NCBI GenBank assembly: GCA_030834985.1
Contig: JAUQWV010000003.1
Coordinates: 143,387 to 207,386, forward strand
DNA from: Candidatus Dojkabacteria bacterium
GTDB taxonomy: Bacteria; Patescibacteriota; Dojkabacteria; J137
Reading direction: 5' to 3'
DNA: 64,000 nucleotides
Position 1 is the stretch's first letter. The number at the start of each line of letters is the position of its first letter. Positions 10,160 to 19,734 of the stretch are shown here, piece after piece. A model generated the notes under the pieces. The model ran no database searches. It was not told where the DNA came from and was given only the letters and a program-made list of their open reading frames with translations. Position numbers and translations under genes: made by a program.

Positions 10160-13100
10160 ATGGCCATAAATAATAGAGTAAACCTCACTAAGAATCCCAC
10201 CCCTAAAATGTCCATGGATTATTTGGAGGCTCAAAAAGAGTTCTTTGAACGCTTTAAGGTTGAAGGATTCGAAGAATTGTTCGACGAAATTAATCCTATA
10301 ACGGACTATACAGGATTAAACTGGGAAATCACATTTGAAAGTTTCGAATGGGGAGAACCAAAAATTACTTTCAGAGATGCACAATTATTAGGACAAACCT
10401 ATGATGCGCCTGTGCATGCAAACGTAAGACTTCTTAATAAAAAAACTGGAGAGATAAAAAAACAAAAAATCTACCTATGCGATATGCCTTTAATGAGCAA
10501 TAGAGCATCATTTATGATTAATGGTAACGAAAGAGTAGTTGTGTTCCAAATTTTAAGATCAGAAGGTTTATTATTCTCAGAAAGCAAAGCATCATCATCA
10601 AAAAAGAAGCTATATTCAGTTAAATTGATGCCTCACCGAGGTAACTGGTACGAATTTGAAGTAAATAAATATGGAGTAATGAGCATTAAGCTACTTCAAA
10701 AAAGACCAAGAATTCTTTTAACTACATTATTAAGAGCACTTGGATACAGCTCTGACAATGATATTAAAAGAGTTTTAAGTGCAGTAGATGTACCACAAGG
10801 AGAAAGCGAAACAAGCTTTGTTGATGCTACTTTAAGAAAAGATCCTACAAAAAACACAGAAGAGGCATTAGTTGATATCTATAGAAAACTAAGACCTGAA
10901 GATACTGTAACATTAGAAAATGCTAAAGCCTTAATTGATAATATCTTCTTTAATAAACGAAGATTCTATTTAGGAAAAATCGGCCGATACAAATTAAACA
11001 AAAAGCTAGGCATTAACGAAGAGATTACAAATGCTGAATATATTCTTAAGAAAAGAGATGTTGTAGAAGTTATCAAATGTCTTATCAAATTAAATCACGG
11101 TACATTACTTCCTGACGATATTGATAGCTTAAGTAATAGAAGAATTAGAGGAGTAGATGAGCTTGTAGAAGAAAAAATTAGAGTAGGTGTTCTAATAATG
11201 GAGAAAAATATTAAAGATAAGATGGCTACTTACTCAACAGATGAGAAAGTAACTCCAGCAATGATTGTAAATACAAGACCTGTTGTATCTGCAATTAACC
11301 AATTCTTTGGAAGCTCTGCATTAATGAGATTCATGGACCAAAGTAACATCTTTAGTGAATTAGAAGCTAAAAGAAAGATCACTGCGGGAGGACCTAGAGG
11401 TTTAACAAAAGAGAGAGCAACATTCTCTGTTCGAGACGTTCATAACTCTCACTATTCACGACTATGTCCTGTTACCACACCAGAAGGTCCATCTATTGGT
11501 ATGGTTAACCAGTTAGCAATTTATACAAAAATTAATGAATATGGATTCTTAGAAGCTCCATACTTTAATGTTGTAAACAAATTTATTATTGAAATAGATA
11601 AAGTTTCTAACTTTAAAAATCGAGAATTATTTGAAGATTTGGTAGTAAATGGTAAAAGATTAGGTAAGAAAGGTGACGCAATCACAACAGACTTAGCTGA
11701 AAAAGCTAAGAAAGCCGGACTTACTGAATTCCATATTAGACCATTTGTTACAGATGAGATCGTTTATATTGATGCAGATACTGAGCTAGAGCACAAGATC
11801 GCTAGCGCAAGTGTTCATAGAGATGACCATGGAAATATAATTGAAGAACAAACATACGTTCGAGATGGTCAAAACTATGCAAAAGTAAAAACAACAGAAG
11901 TTGATTATTTAGATATTAGCCCCGCACAAATTGCAAGTATGGGATTAGCATTGATTCCTTTTGCTGGAAACGATGACCCTAATAGAACATTAATTGGTGC
12001 AAAAACTCAGGGACAAGCTATTCCTTTAATTAAGAGTCAGTCTCCGATTGTAGGAACTGGATTTGAAACTGAAGCAGCAAGAGCTAGCGGAAGAACAGTA
12101 TATGCTAAAGCAGCTGGAACTGTACTTTATGCAGATGCCGCAAAAGTAACTATTAGCTATGGAAAAAATGACATCGTAGACTATCCTGTAGAAAAGTTTG
12201 TAAGAACAAATCAAAACACATCATTCTCTCAAACTCCAGTTGTTTTACCTGGTCAAAAAGTAAAAGAAGGAGATGTAATTATTGATGGTCCTTGTACAGA
12301 TCATGGTGAATTAGCACTAGGAGTTAACCTAAGAACTGCATACATGGTATACGATGGATATAACTTTGAAGATGGAATTGTGATTTCACAAAGAGTTGTA
12401 AAAGAAGATCTTTTAACTTCAGTACATATTCAAGAATATGTTCAGGAAGTTCGAGAAACTAAATTAGGTAATGAACTTATAACTCGAGATATTCCAGGAG
12501 TAGGAGATTGGGCATTAAGAAATTTAGATGAAGAAGGAGTTGTAAGAATTGGAGCAAGTGTTTCTGCAAATGATATCTTAGTAGGAATTATTGCACCAAA
12601 AGGAGAAAGTGAATTAACAGCAGAAGAGAAATTATTAAGAGCAATCTTCGGTGAATACGCAAGAGATGTTCGAGATAACTCATTAAGAATGCCTTACGGA
12701 GAGCATGGAGTTGTTGTTGCTGTTCAAATTCTTGATAGAGACTCTGGCGCTAAACTAAACGCTGGTGTTCTAAAACAAGTAAAAGTTTGGGTAGCAAAAA
12801 CTCACAGAATTTCTATTGGAGATAAGCTAACAGGGTTCCACGGAGACAAAGGTGTTATTACTAAAGTTGTCCCTGATGAAGATATGCCTCATACAGCAGA
12901 TGGCAAACCAGTAGATATTATTCTTGGTCCATCTTCTATGATTAGACGTATGAATATTGGTCAGTTAATGGAAGTGCACGTTGGAAACTTGGCAAATAAG
13001 TTAGGTGTAAAAGTGCAAGTTCAGCCATTCTCTGAATTCAGCTTAGAGCCATTATTAGACATGGCTAAGAAAAATGGACTTCAATACGAGGAAAAGGTTG

Positions 13101-13609
13101 ACTTGTTTGATGGTAGAACAGGAGAAAAGTTTAAACAACAAGTAACAGTTGGAATGAAATATATGTTCAAACTTGATCACTTAGCTGATCACAAAGTTCA
13201 TGCTAGATCTACTGGACCGTACACTTTGGTTACACAGCAGCCTTTAAGAGGTAAAGCTCAAAGAGGAGGACGAAGATTCGGCGAAATGGAAGTTTGGGCA
13301 CTTGAAGCACACGCTGTACCAAATGTATTACATGAAATGTTAACAATTAAATCTGACGATGTTGTTGGTAGAGCTGCAGCTTACAAAGCAATTATTTCTG
13401 GACAAAGAATTACAGCACCTAGCGTGCCAGAGTCATTCAATGTTTTAGATAAAGAGCTTGCAGGTTTAGCAATTAAACTTGATAAGATCAATGCAGAATA
13501 CGATGAAGAGAGAGCAGATATGGCACTTGAGGAAATCGTTGACTCAATTGGAAACGGCAGCAATGTAACTGACGATCCTAACTTAACAGTTATGGATGAT
13601 GTTGAATAA
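10160..13609 (+). CDS. rpoB: RNA polymerase beta subunit (divergent)
   Basis: INGNERVVV, VRDVH..HY.RLCP..TPEG, GYNFEDG, RMNIGQ, HARSTGPY, FGEMEVWALEA; ATG at 10160 likely start. Confidence 0.98.
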   Translation: MAINNRVNLTKNPTPKMSMDYLEAQKEFFERFKVEGFEELFDEINPITDYTGLNWEITFESFEWGEPKITFRDAQLLGQTYDAPVHANVRLLNKKTGEIKKQKIYLCDMPLMSNRASFMINGNERVVVFQILRSEGLLFSESKASSSKKKLYSVKLMPHRGNWYEFEVNKYGVMSIKLLQKRPRILLTTLLRALGYSSDNDIKRVLSAVDVPQGESETSFVDATLRKDPTKNTEEALVDIYRKLRPEDTVTLENAKALIDNIFFNKRRFYLGKIGRYKLNKKLGINEEITNAEYILKKRDVVEVIKCLIKLNHGTLLPDDIDSLSNRRIRGVDELVEEKIRVGVLIMEKNIKDKMATYSTDEKVTPAMIVNTRPVVSAINQFFGSSALMRFMDQSNIFSELEAKRKITAGGPRGLTKERATFSVRDVHNSHYSRLCPVTTPEGPSIGMVNQLAIYTKINEYGFLEAPYFNVVNKFIIEIDKVSNFKNRELFEDLVVNGKRLGKKGDAITTDLAEKAKKAGLTEFHIRPFVTDEIVYIDADTELEHKIASASVHRDDHGNIIEEQTYVRDGQNYAKVKTTEVDYLDISPAQIASMGLALIPFAGNDDPNRTLIGAKTQGQAIPLIKSQSPIVGTGFETEAARASGRTVYAKAAGTVLYADAAKVTISYGKNDIVDYPVEKFVRTNQNTSFSQTPVVLPGQKVKEGDVIIDGPCTDHGELALGVNLRTAYMVYDGYNFEDGIVISQRVVKEDLLTSVHIQEYVQEVRETKLGNELITRDIPGVGDWALRNLDEEGVVRIGASVSANDILVGIIAPKGESELTAEEKLLRAIFGEYARDVRDNSLRMPYGEHGVVVAVQILDRDSGAKLNAGVLKQVKVWVAKTHRISIGDKLTGFHGDKGVITKVVPDEDMPHTADGKPVDIILGPSSMIRRMNIGQLMEVHVGNLANKLGVKVQVQPFSEFSLEPLLDMAKKNGLQYEEKVDLFDGRTGEKFKQQVTVGMKYMFKLDHLADHKVHARSTGPYTLVTQQPLRGKAQRGGRRFGEMEVWALEAHAVPNVLHEMLTIKSDDVVGRAAAYKAIISGQRITAPSVPESFNVLDKELAGLAIKLDKINAEYDEERADMALEEIVDSIGNGSNVTDDPNLTVMDDVE

Positions 13610-13640
13610 TTTATTTTGATAAATCTTAAACTAATAACCT

Positions 13641-16600
13641 ATGCTTAAAGATTTTAATGCAGTAAAAATTTCAGTAGCAAGTCCGCAAGATGTAATGAAC
13701 TGGTCACATGGCGAAGTTGCTAGAGCTGAAACAATCAACTACAGAACATTCAAGCCAGAACCCGGTGGTTTAATGGCCGAGGAAATTTTTGGTCCTACCA
13801 AAGACTTTGAATGTTACTGCGGTAAATACAAAAAGATTAGATACAAGGGTATCGTTTGCGACCGATGCGGTGTTGAAATTACTCATAAAAGAGTAAGAAG
13901 AGAGCGAATGGGCCACATTAAGCTGGCTGCTCCTGTAGCACACGTATGGTTCTCAAATGGAGTTCCTAACAAATTATCTTTAATTTTAGATATTCCTCAA
14001 AAGAAGCTAGAAACAGTTATCTACTACGCAAGATATGTTGTAACAAATGTAATTGATGAAGAACGAGAAAAAGCACTTGGCAGCCTTGATGAGCTAAAAA
14101 AGAGCGAATCAGATGAAGTTACTACCGAGTTAGAAGAAAAGATTAAAGAGATTAACGCTCAGTTTGAAGAGGAAGCTGAAGATGTAAGAAAGTCTTCTAA
14201 AGAAAAGGCAAAATTAGACCTTCAATTAGAAAGAATTAGAAATAATGAAAAAACTCAAATTGCAAGATTAAAATCTGCTTATAAACAAAAGCAAGATAAT
14301 ATCGAAAAGAAATTTGTAGACTTAAAAGCTTTAATTCAAAGTGTAACAATCGGTTCAACATTATCAGAAGAAGAATATCAGCTTCTTGAATCTTATGGCT
14401 TCTATTTCTTTGAAGCAGGTATGGGTGCAGAAGCTATTAAGGAGTTGTTAGACAAGCTAAATGTTGATGAAGAAATCACATTATTAGAAGAGGAGTTAAA
14501 AACAAGTAAATCTCAATTAAAAAAGAGCAGAATCGTACAAAGATTAAGAATAATGAAAGGATTACAAAAATCAGGAGTACATCCATCTTGGGTTGTGCTT
14601 GAAGTTTTACCTGTAATTCCTCCAGATTTAAGACCTATTGTACAGCTACCAGGAGGTAGATTTGCTACATATGACCTTAACGACTTATACAGAAGAGTAA
14701 TTAACAGAAATAACAGACTTAAAAGATTAATAGCACTTGGTGCACCTGAAATCATTCTAAGAAATGAAAAAAGAATGCTTCAAGAAGCTGTTGATTCATT
14801 GTTAGATAACAACCACAAACCAGGTGCACCTTCTTTAAACACAAGAGGATTACCATTCAAATCGTTATCCGACATGTTAAGAGGTAAGCAAGGTAGATTT
14901 AGACAAAACCTATTAGGCAAAAGAGTTGACTATTCAGGTAACGCAGTTATTGTTCCTGGTCCTGAATTACAATTTGATCAGTGTGGTTTGCCTAAAGTTA
15001 TTGCTTTAGAGTTATTCAGACCATTCATTATCAGAGAACTTATTGCTAGAGGCTTAGCAGCAAACCCTGCAAAAGCTAAATTGATTTTTGAAAGCGGAAT
15101 TGATGAAGTTTGGGATATTTTAGAAGATGTAAGTAAAGGAAGACCAGTTCTATTGAACAGAGCTCCAACTTTACAAAAACAGAGTATTATTGCATTCTAC
15201 CCAGTCTTAATTGAAGGTAATGCAATTAGACTACATCCTATGACTTGTGCTGGTTTCAACGCAGACTTTGATGGAGACCAAATGGCTGTACATTTACCAT
15301 TATCTGAAAAAGCAGTTGAAGAAGTTAAAGATAGGATGTTTGCAAAGAATAACTTGTTGTCATTAAAAGACGGTTCACCTTTATACAACGTATCTAAAGA
15401 CATGGCATTCGGTATTTACTTCTTAACATTAATGAGAGGTACCGAAGCTGATGCTAAAAATACATATGCAAATATCGACGAGTTAATTTCTGCCTACTAT
15501 CTAGGTAAAGTTCACTTTGACGAACCAGTAAAATTATTACTAGACGGCAAAGTTATTGTTACAACAGCAGGTAGAGCAAGATTAAATAAATCCTTGCCGG
15601 AAGGACATGAATTTATTAATAGTGCATTAGGCTTAAAAGATATATCTGCATTATCAGCAAGTATCTTTAATACCTACGGAAATGAAATCGCATTAGAAAC
15701 ATTAGACGCTATTAAATCTCTTGGATTTATTTATGCAGGAAGACTTGGATTCTCTGTTTCGATGGAAGAATTCAGATTCGGTGGTGACGAGATCTTAGAA
15801 AAGAGATTGGATGAATTTGTAAAGACAGAAGACCAATTAGGTGACGACTACGCTCAGGGCTTCATTACAGAAAATGAACTAAAGTGGAGCAGAAGATCTG
15901 AATGGCAAAAAGAAGTAGAAAAGATTCAAGATGAAATTTGGGAATTAGCGCAAAAAAAATCTCCTAATTTGGTAGATTTGAGCAATTCTAAAGCTATTCC
16001 AGTTGCTCCTTGGGTAAAGAAGATCTCGGGAGTACAAGGCTTTGTAACAGATCCATCTGGAAATATTGTAGACTTGCCACTAAAAAATAACTTTGAAAAA
16101 GGTCTAACAAACTTTGAATATTTTGTTGCTGCTCGTGGAGCTAGAAAAGGCTTTGCAGACGTAGCTTTAAGAACTGCAGACTCTGGTTACTTAACTAGAA
16201 GATTACATGACGTAGCTCAAGATATTGTTACAAATGTTGAAGACTGCGGTACTACAGAAGGTGTTGTAATTGAAAGAGCAGATAAAAGATTGCAATCATT
16301 TGTAAACAGACTAAAAGGAAGATACTTAGCTCAAGATTTGGCTAACCCAAAAATAGGCGAAGTTATTTTATCTGCAGGTGAAGCAATTACATTAGATTTA
16401 GCAAAACACATAGACGCTATTGAAGAGATTACTGAAGTAAAAGTTCGGAGTGCAACAACCTGTCGAGTAGCACATGGTATTTGTCAAAAATGTTATGGAT
16501 ACGACTTAGGAACAGGTCAGCCTGTAGAATTTGGGGTAGCTGTAGGTACAATTGCCTCTCAATCTTTAGGAGAGCCTGCTACTCAATTAACTCTAAAGTC

Positions 16601-17684
16601 TAAATCTGACGCTAGAGCAGGTAGTGCTGACATTACTCAAGGTTTCCCTAGAGTAGAGGAATTACTTGAAGCTAGAACACCAAAAGCTTTAGCTTTACTT
16701 TCAGACATACCAGGTCAAGTTAAGATTATTGATGACAAAAAGAAAGTAATCATTCGAGTAACCGGAGAAAAGAAAGTGGTAAAGAAATATCAGGTAGATA
16801 AAGAAGAGAGTATTGCAGTAAAAGATGGTAAGAAAGTTAAAGTTGGCGACACACTAGCAATCATCAAGAAAAAAGAGCTACAAAGCGAAATAGATGGTAT
16901 CGCCAGCGTAGAAGGTAAGGTGATTACGGTTCGAGGTACAAAAGAGGTTGAAGTTGAAAAAGAAACTGAGAGCTTAATAAACCTTGTTGTTAAAGATGGT
17001 CAAATTGTTGAACAGGGAGACCAGTTAACATTCGGATCAATAGATCCAAAAGAGTTAGCTAAGCTAAAAAGTATTGAAGAAGCTCAAAAATATATTATTA
17101 GAGGAGTACAGGAAGTAATCGGTATCTCTGGTATTGAAGTAGATGACAAACACTTAGAAATAATTGTTAGACAAATGGCCAGGTACGCAATGGTTGTAGA
17201 TAGTGGCGATAGCAAAGAGTATTTGCTTGGCGATTACGTAGATGTACTTGACTTAGAAGCCGAGAACGAAAGATTACAGTCTGAAGGACTAAAGCCAATT
17301 AAATCTGTAAGAGTTCTAATGGGAATCACAAACTCTGCATTAAGAACAGAAAGCTTCTTATCTGCAGCGTCATTTGAGCAGCAAGTTAGAGTTCTAACTG
17401 ATGCAGCGCTTATAGGTAAAGTAGATCATTTGAGAGGATTAAAAGAAAATGTTATAATCGGCAGACCAGTTCCTTTAGGAGATGAGCTTAAAAAACAATT
17501 AGGCTTGATTGTAGAAGAGGAAGTGGTAGAACCAAGTGCAGATACTGTTGGTACAGAAAATGAAGTAGAAAGTACCACAGACGAATTCGGTTTTGCTAAA
17601 ACATCTGAAGCAGTAGAAGATGCTGCTAGCGGAAATGTTGGAGAACAGGCCGATGCAGATGAAAATCCTGCAGATATAGAATAA
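13641..17684 (+). CDS. rpoC: RNA polymerase beta' subunit (divergent)
   Basis: Zn finger CYCGKYK..CDRC, GKQGRFRQNLLGKRVDYSG, catalytic NADFDGD, SFLSAASF, LRGLKENVIIG; coiled-coil insertion near the N-terminus; acidic tail. Confidence 0.98.
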   Translation: MLKDFNAVKISVASPQDVMNWSHGEVARAETINYRTFKPEPGGLMAEEIFGPTKDFECYCGKYKKIRYKGIVCDRCGVEITHKRVRRERMGHIKLAAPVAHVWFSNGVPNKLSLILDIPQKKLETVIYYARYVVTNVIDEEREKALGSLDELKKSESDEVTTELEEKIKEINAQFEEEAEDVRKSSKEKAKLDLQLERIRNNEKTQIARLKSAYKQKQDNIEKKFVDLKALIQSVTIGSTLSEEEYQLLESYGFYFFEAGMGAEAIKELLDKLNVDEEITLLEEELKTSKSQLKKSRIVQRLRIMKGLQKSGVHPSWVVLEVLPVIPPDLRPIVQLPGGRFATYDLNDLYRRVINRNNRLKRLIALGAPEIILRNEKRMLQEAVDSLLDNNHKPGAPSLNTRGLPFKSLSDMLRGKQGRFRQNLLGKRVDYSGNAVIVPGPELQFDQCGLPKVIALELFRPFIIRELIARGLAANPAKAKLIFESGIDEVWDILEDVSKGRPVLLNRAPTLQKQSIIAFYPVLIEGNAIRLHPMTCAGFNADFDGDQMAVHLPLSEKAVEEVKDRMFAKNNLLSLKDGSPLYNVSKDMAFGIYFLTLMRGTEADAKNTYANIDELISAYYLGKVHFDEPVKLLLDGKVIVTTAGRARLNKSLPEGHEFINSALGLKDISALSASIFNTYGNEIALETLDAIKSLGFIYAGRLGFSVSMEEFRFGGDEILEKRLDEFVKTEDQLGDDYAQGFITENELKWSRRSEWQKEVEKIQDEIWELAQKKSPNLVDLSNSKAIPVAPWVKKISGVQGFVTDPSGNIVDLPLKNNFEKGLTNFEYFVAARGARKGFADVALRTADSGYLTRRLHDVAQDIVTNVEDCGTTEGVVIERADKRLQSFVNRLKGRYLAQDLANPKIGEVILSAGEAITLDLAKHIDAIEEITEVKVRSATTCRVAHGICQKCYGYDLGTGQPVEFGVAVGTIASQSLGEPATQLTLKSKSDARAGSADITQGFPRVEELLEARTPKALALLSDIPGQVKIIDDKKKVIIRVTGEKKVVKKYQVDKEESIAVKDGKKVKVGDTLAIIKKKELQSEIDGIASVEGKVITVRGTKEVEVEKETESLINLVVKDGQIVEQGDQLTFGSIDPKELAKLKSIEEAQKYIIRGVQEVIGISGIEVDDKHLEIIVRQMARYAMVVDSGDSKEYLLGDYVDVLDLEAENERLQSEGLKPIKSVRVLMGITNSALRTESFLSAASFEQQVRVLTDAALIGKVDHLRGLKENVIIGRPVPLGDELKKQLGLIVEEEVVEPSADTVGTENEVESTTDEFGFAKTSEAVEDAASGNVGEQADADENPADIE

Positions 17685-17713
17685 ATTAATAAAATAAATA
17701 TATTTAAATAAAT

Positions 17714-18175
17714 ATGGCAAGAGTTTCGCAATTAGTTCGAAAGGGAAGAAGTCCAAAAACGAAGACTGTAAGGTTTAAAGGACTATTATTCTCTGAAGAC
17801 GATAAAATTAAATCAATGCATTTTAACTTCAACGGAGTTAAAAATAAGTACTACATGCGACCAAATCCATTTAGAAGAGGCGTATGTATTGCAGTTAAAA
17901 CTATGACACCTAAGAAACCAAACTCTGCTTTACGAAAAATCGCAAGAGTAAGGTTATCTAATAAACAGGTAGTAACTGCATATATTCCTGGAGAAGGTCA
18001 TAACCTTCAGGAGCACTCTGTTGTATTGTTAAGAGCAGGAAAAAAACCTGACCTACCTGGAGTAAAATACCAAGTTGTTAGAGGCGTTTATGATGCTGCT
18101 CCTGTTGAAAATAGAAGACAGGCTCGAAGCCGATACGGTCGAAAGAAACCAAAAGCAGGCGAAAAGAAAGCATAA
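17714..18175 (+). CDS. rpsL: 30S ribosomal protein S12
   Basis: [29 protein letters not shown]. Confidence 0.98.
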   Translation: MARVSQLVRKGRSPKTKTVRFKGLLFSEDDKIKSMHFNFNGVKNKYYMRPNPFRRGVCIAVKTMTPKKPNSALRKIARVRLSNKQVVTAYIPGEGHNLQEHSVVLLRAGKKPDLPGVKYQVVRGVYDAAPVENRRQARSRYGRKKPKAGEKKA

Positions 18176-18268
18176 GACACCATAACTAAATTTAAAAGAA
18201 GAGTATTCTCGGCGAAAGCTAAGGAGAACTTTGTTTTAAACATAATTCTTAATTATTAAATAATATAA

Positions 18269-18736
18269 ATGAGAGGAAAAAGAGCACCGGTAAGACCAAT
18301 CAAACCGGACGAAGTACATAATAGTGTATTAGTTTCAAAATTCATTAACTACGTAATGTACGATGGTCAAAAGCAGACTGCTAGAACTATTGTATATAAA
18401 GCAATAGAGGATTTAGCAAATAAAACAAAGACTAAAGGTACTGAAGCTTTAGAAAAAGCTATTGAAAACGCAAGACCAAAGATCGAAGTTAGAAGCAGAA
18501 GAATTGGAGGAGCAAACTTTCAAGTTCCTGTTCCAGTAAGCGAAAAAAGACAAACTGCATTAGCCTTAAAATGGATTTTAGAAGCAGCAAGAGCTAGCAG
18601 AAAGAATACTGAATTCTGGGTTGTATTATCTAAAGAATTGCAAAATGCCTATAACAAAGAAGGTTCTGCTATTAAGAAAAAAGAGGAAGTTCTAAGAATG
18701 GCAGAAGCTAATAAAGCATTTGCTCAATTTGCTTAA
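18269..18736 (+). CDS. rpsG: 30S ribosomal protein S7
   Basis: EVRSRRIGGANFQVP, MAEANKAFA. Confidence 0.98.
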   Translation: MRGKRAPVRPIKPDEVHNSVLVSKFINYVMYDGQKQTARTIVYKAIEDLANKTKTKGTEALEKAIENARPKIEVRSRRIGGANFQVPVPVSEKRQTALALKWILEAARASRKNTEFWVVLSKELQNAYNKEGSAIKKKEEVLRMAEANKAFAQFA

Positions 18737-18774
18737 GAAGAATTAAAGAATAAAGTTAAAAATAAAGCTGTTTC

Positions 18775-18806
18775 AAGCCCCGACCCCAAGGCCGGGGCTT
18801 TCTTTC
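18775..18806 (+). terminator. Intrinsic terminator after rpsG
   Basis: AAGCCCCG...CGGGGCTT hairpin followed by TCTTTC. Confidence 0.75.
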
Positions 18807-18911
18807 GCGATTAATACTTTCGATTTCAATCTTATTTTCGAGCTACCAGTCAGCAGCAGCTGTCTTATTGCCCCTAAAACACTGCGCTACCTTGATATTA
18901 GCGCCCACAAT

Positions 18912-18931
18912 ATGTTAGAATATTTTGACAT
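18912..18931. promoter_or_regulatory. Imperfect palindrome overlapping the extended -10 of TrmB-1
   Basis: ATGTTAGAAT/ATTTTGACAT (8 of 10 pairs) overlapping TGTTAGAAT; TTGATA 18 nt upstream of the -10. Confidence 0.45.
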
Positions 18932-18957
18932 TAATTCATAATTGTTAAATTAAACGC

Positions 18958-19734
18958 ATGGGGATCAAAATAGATAAATCCGTCAAGAACTTCTTATTAG
19001 ATTTTGGACTGACAGATAAAGAAATCACTGTTTATACAACCCTCCTTAAAACAGGACCCAATACAATTATGAATCTGGCTAGAGAAACTAGCATCAAAAG
19101 ATCCACTACACACAATACTGTTGAGGAATTAATCAAAAAAGGATTAGTAAGCCAAACAAATTATGGTGAAAGAAGAATGGTTATAGCAGAAGACCCTGAT
19201 AAATTAAAGTTTCTAATGGAGCAGAAGAAGTGGGATATTAATAAACTAGAGAAGAACTTACCTGATACAATACAGGCTATACAAGGATTAGTACCAGCAA
19301 GTACAGATGTTAATGATGTCGAAGTTAAATATTTTACAGGAGAAAAAGGTGTACAAATGATATATACTGAAGCACTAAGAGCTCAAGAACTACGATCCTA
19401 TGCAAATATTCAGAAAATATTTGAAGTCTTTCCCGATAATTCTGAGATTTTTAGACAAGCTCATATAACGAATAAAGACTTAAAATTATGGGAAATAGTT
19501 GAAAATTCTGAAGTAGCGAAAGAATACGCTTCAAAATATGCCGAAAAAGATAGGTATCATTACAAACTTTCCCCTGTATTATTTACTGCTGGAGCATTAG
19601 ATATATTGATCTATGACGGTAAAGTCGCTGTAATCACTGTTAAAGAAGGGGTTACTGGAGTCGTGATCTCTAATAAAGATTATTACAATAATACAGCTGC
19701 CGTATTCGACTTTGTATGGAGTGCTCTTGACTGA
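18958..19734 (+). CDS. TrmB-family transcriptional regulator (copy 1)
   Basis: FGLTDKEITVYTTLL..G, RSTTHNTVEELIKKGLV wHTH, AEDP, coiled coil, VKYFTGEKGV, DILIYDGKVA C-domain. Confidence 0.85.
   Translation: MGIKIDKSVKNFLLDFGLTDKEITVYTTLLKTGPNTIMNLARETSIKRSTTHNTVEELIKKGLVSQTNYGERRMVIAEDPDKLKFLMEQKKWDINKLEKNLPDTIQAIQGLVPASTDVNDVEVKYFTGEKGVQMIYTEALRAQELRSYANIQKIFEVFPDNSEIFRQAHITNKDLKLWEIVENSEVAKEYASKYAEKDRYHYKLSPVLFTAGALDILIYDGKVAVITVKEGVTGVVISNKDYYNNTAAVFDFVWSALD

Noticed and set aside
16569-16630. Local frameshift as the explanation for the odd trigger loop
   Set aside because: Both alternative frames hit TAA within a few codons and neither encodes RTFH; the main frame is continuous into DITQGFPRVEEL
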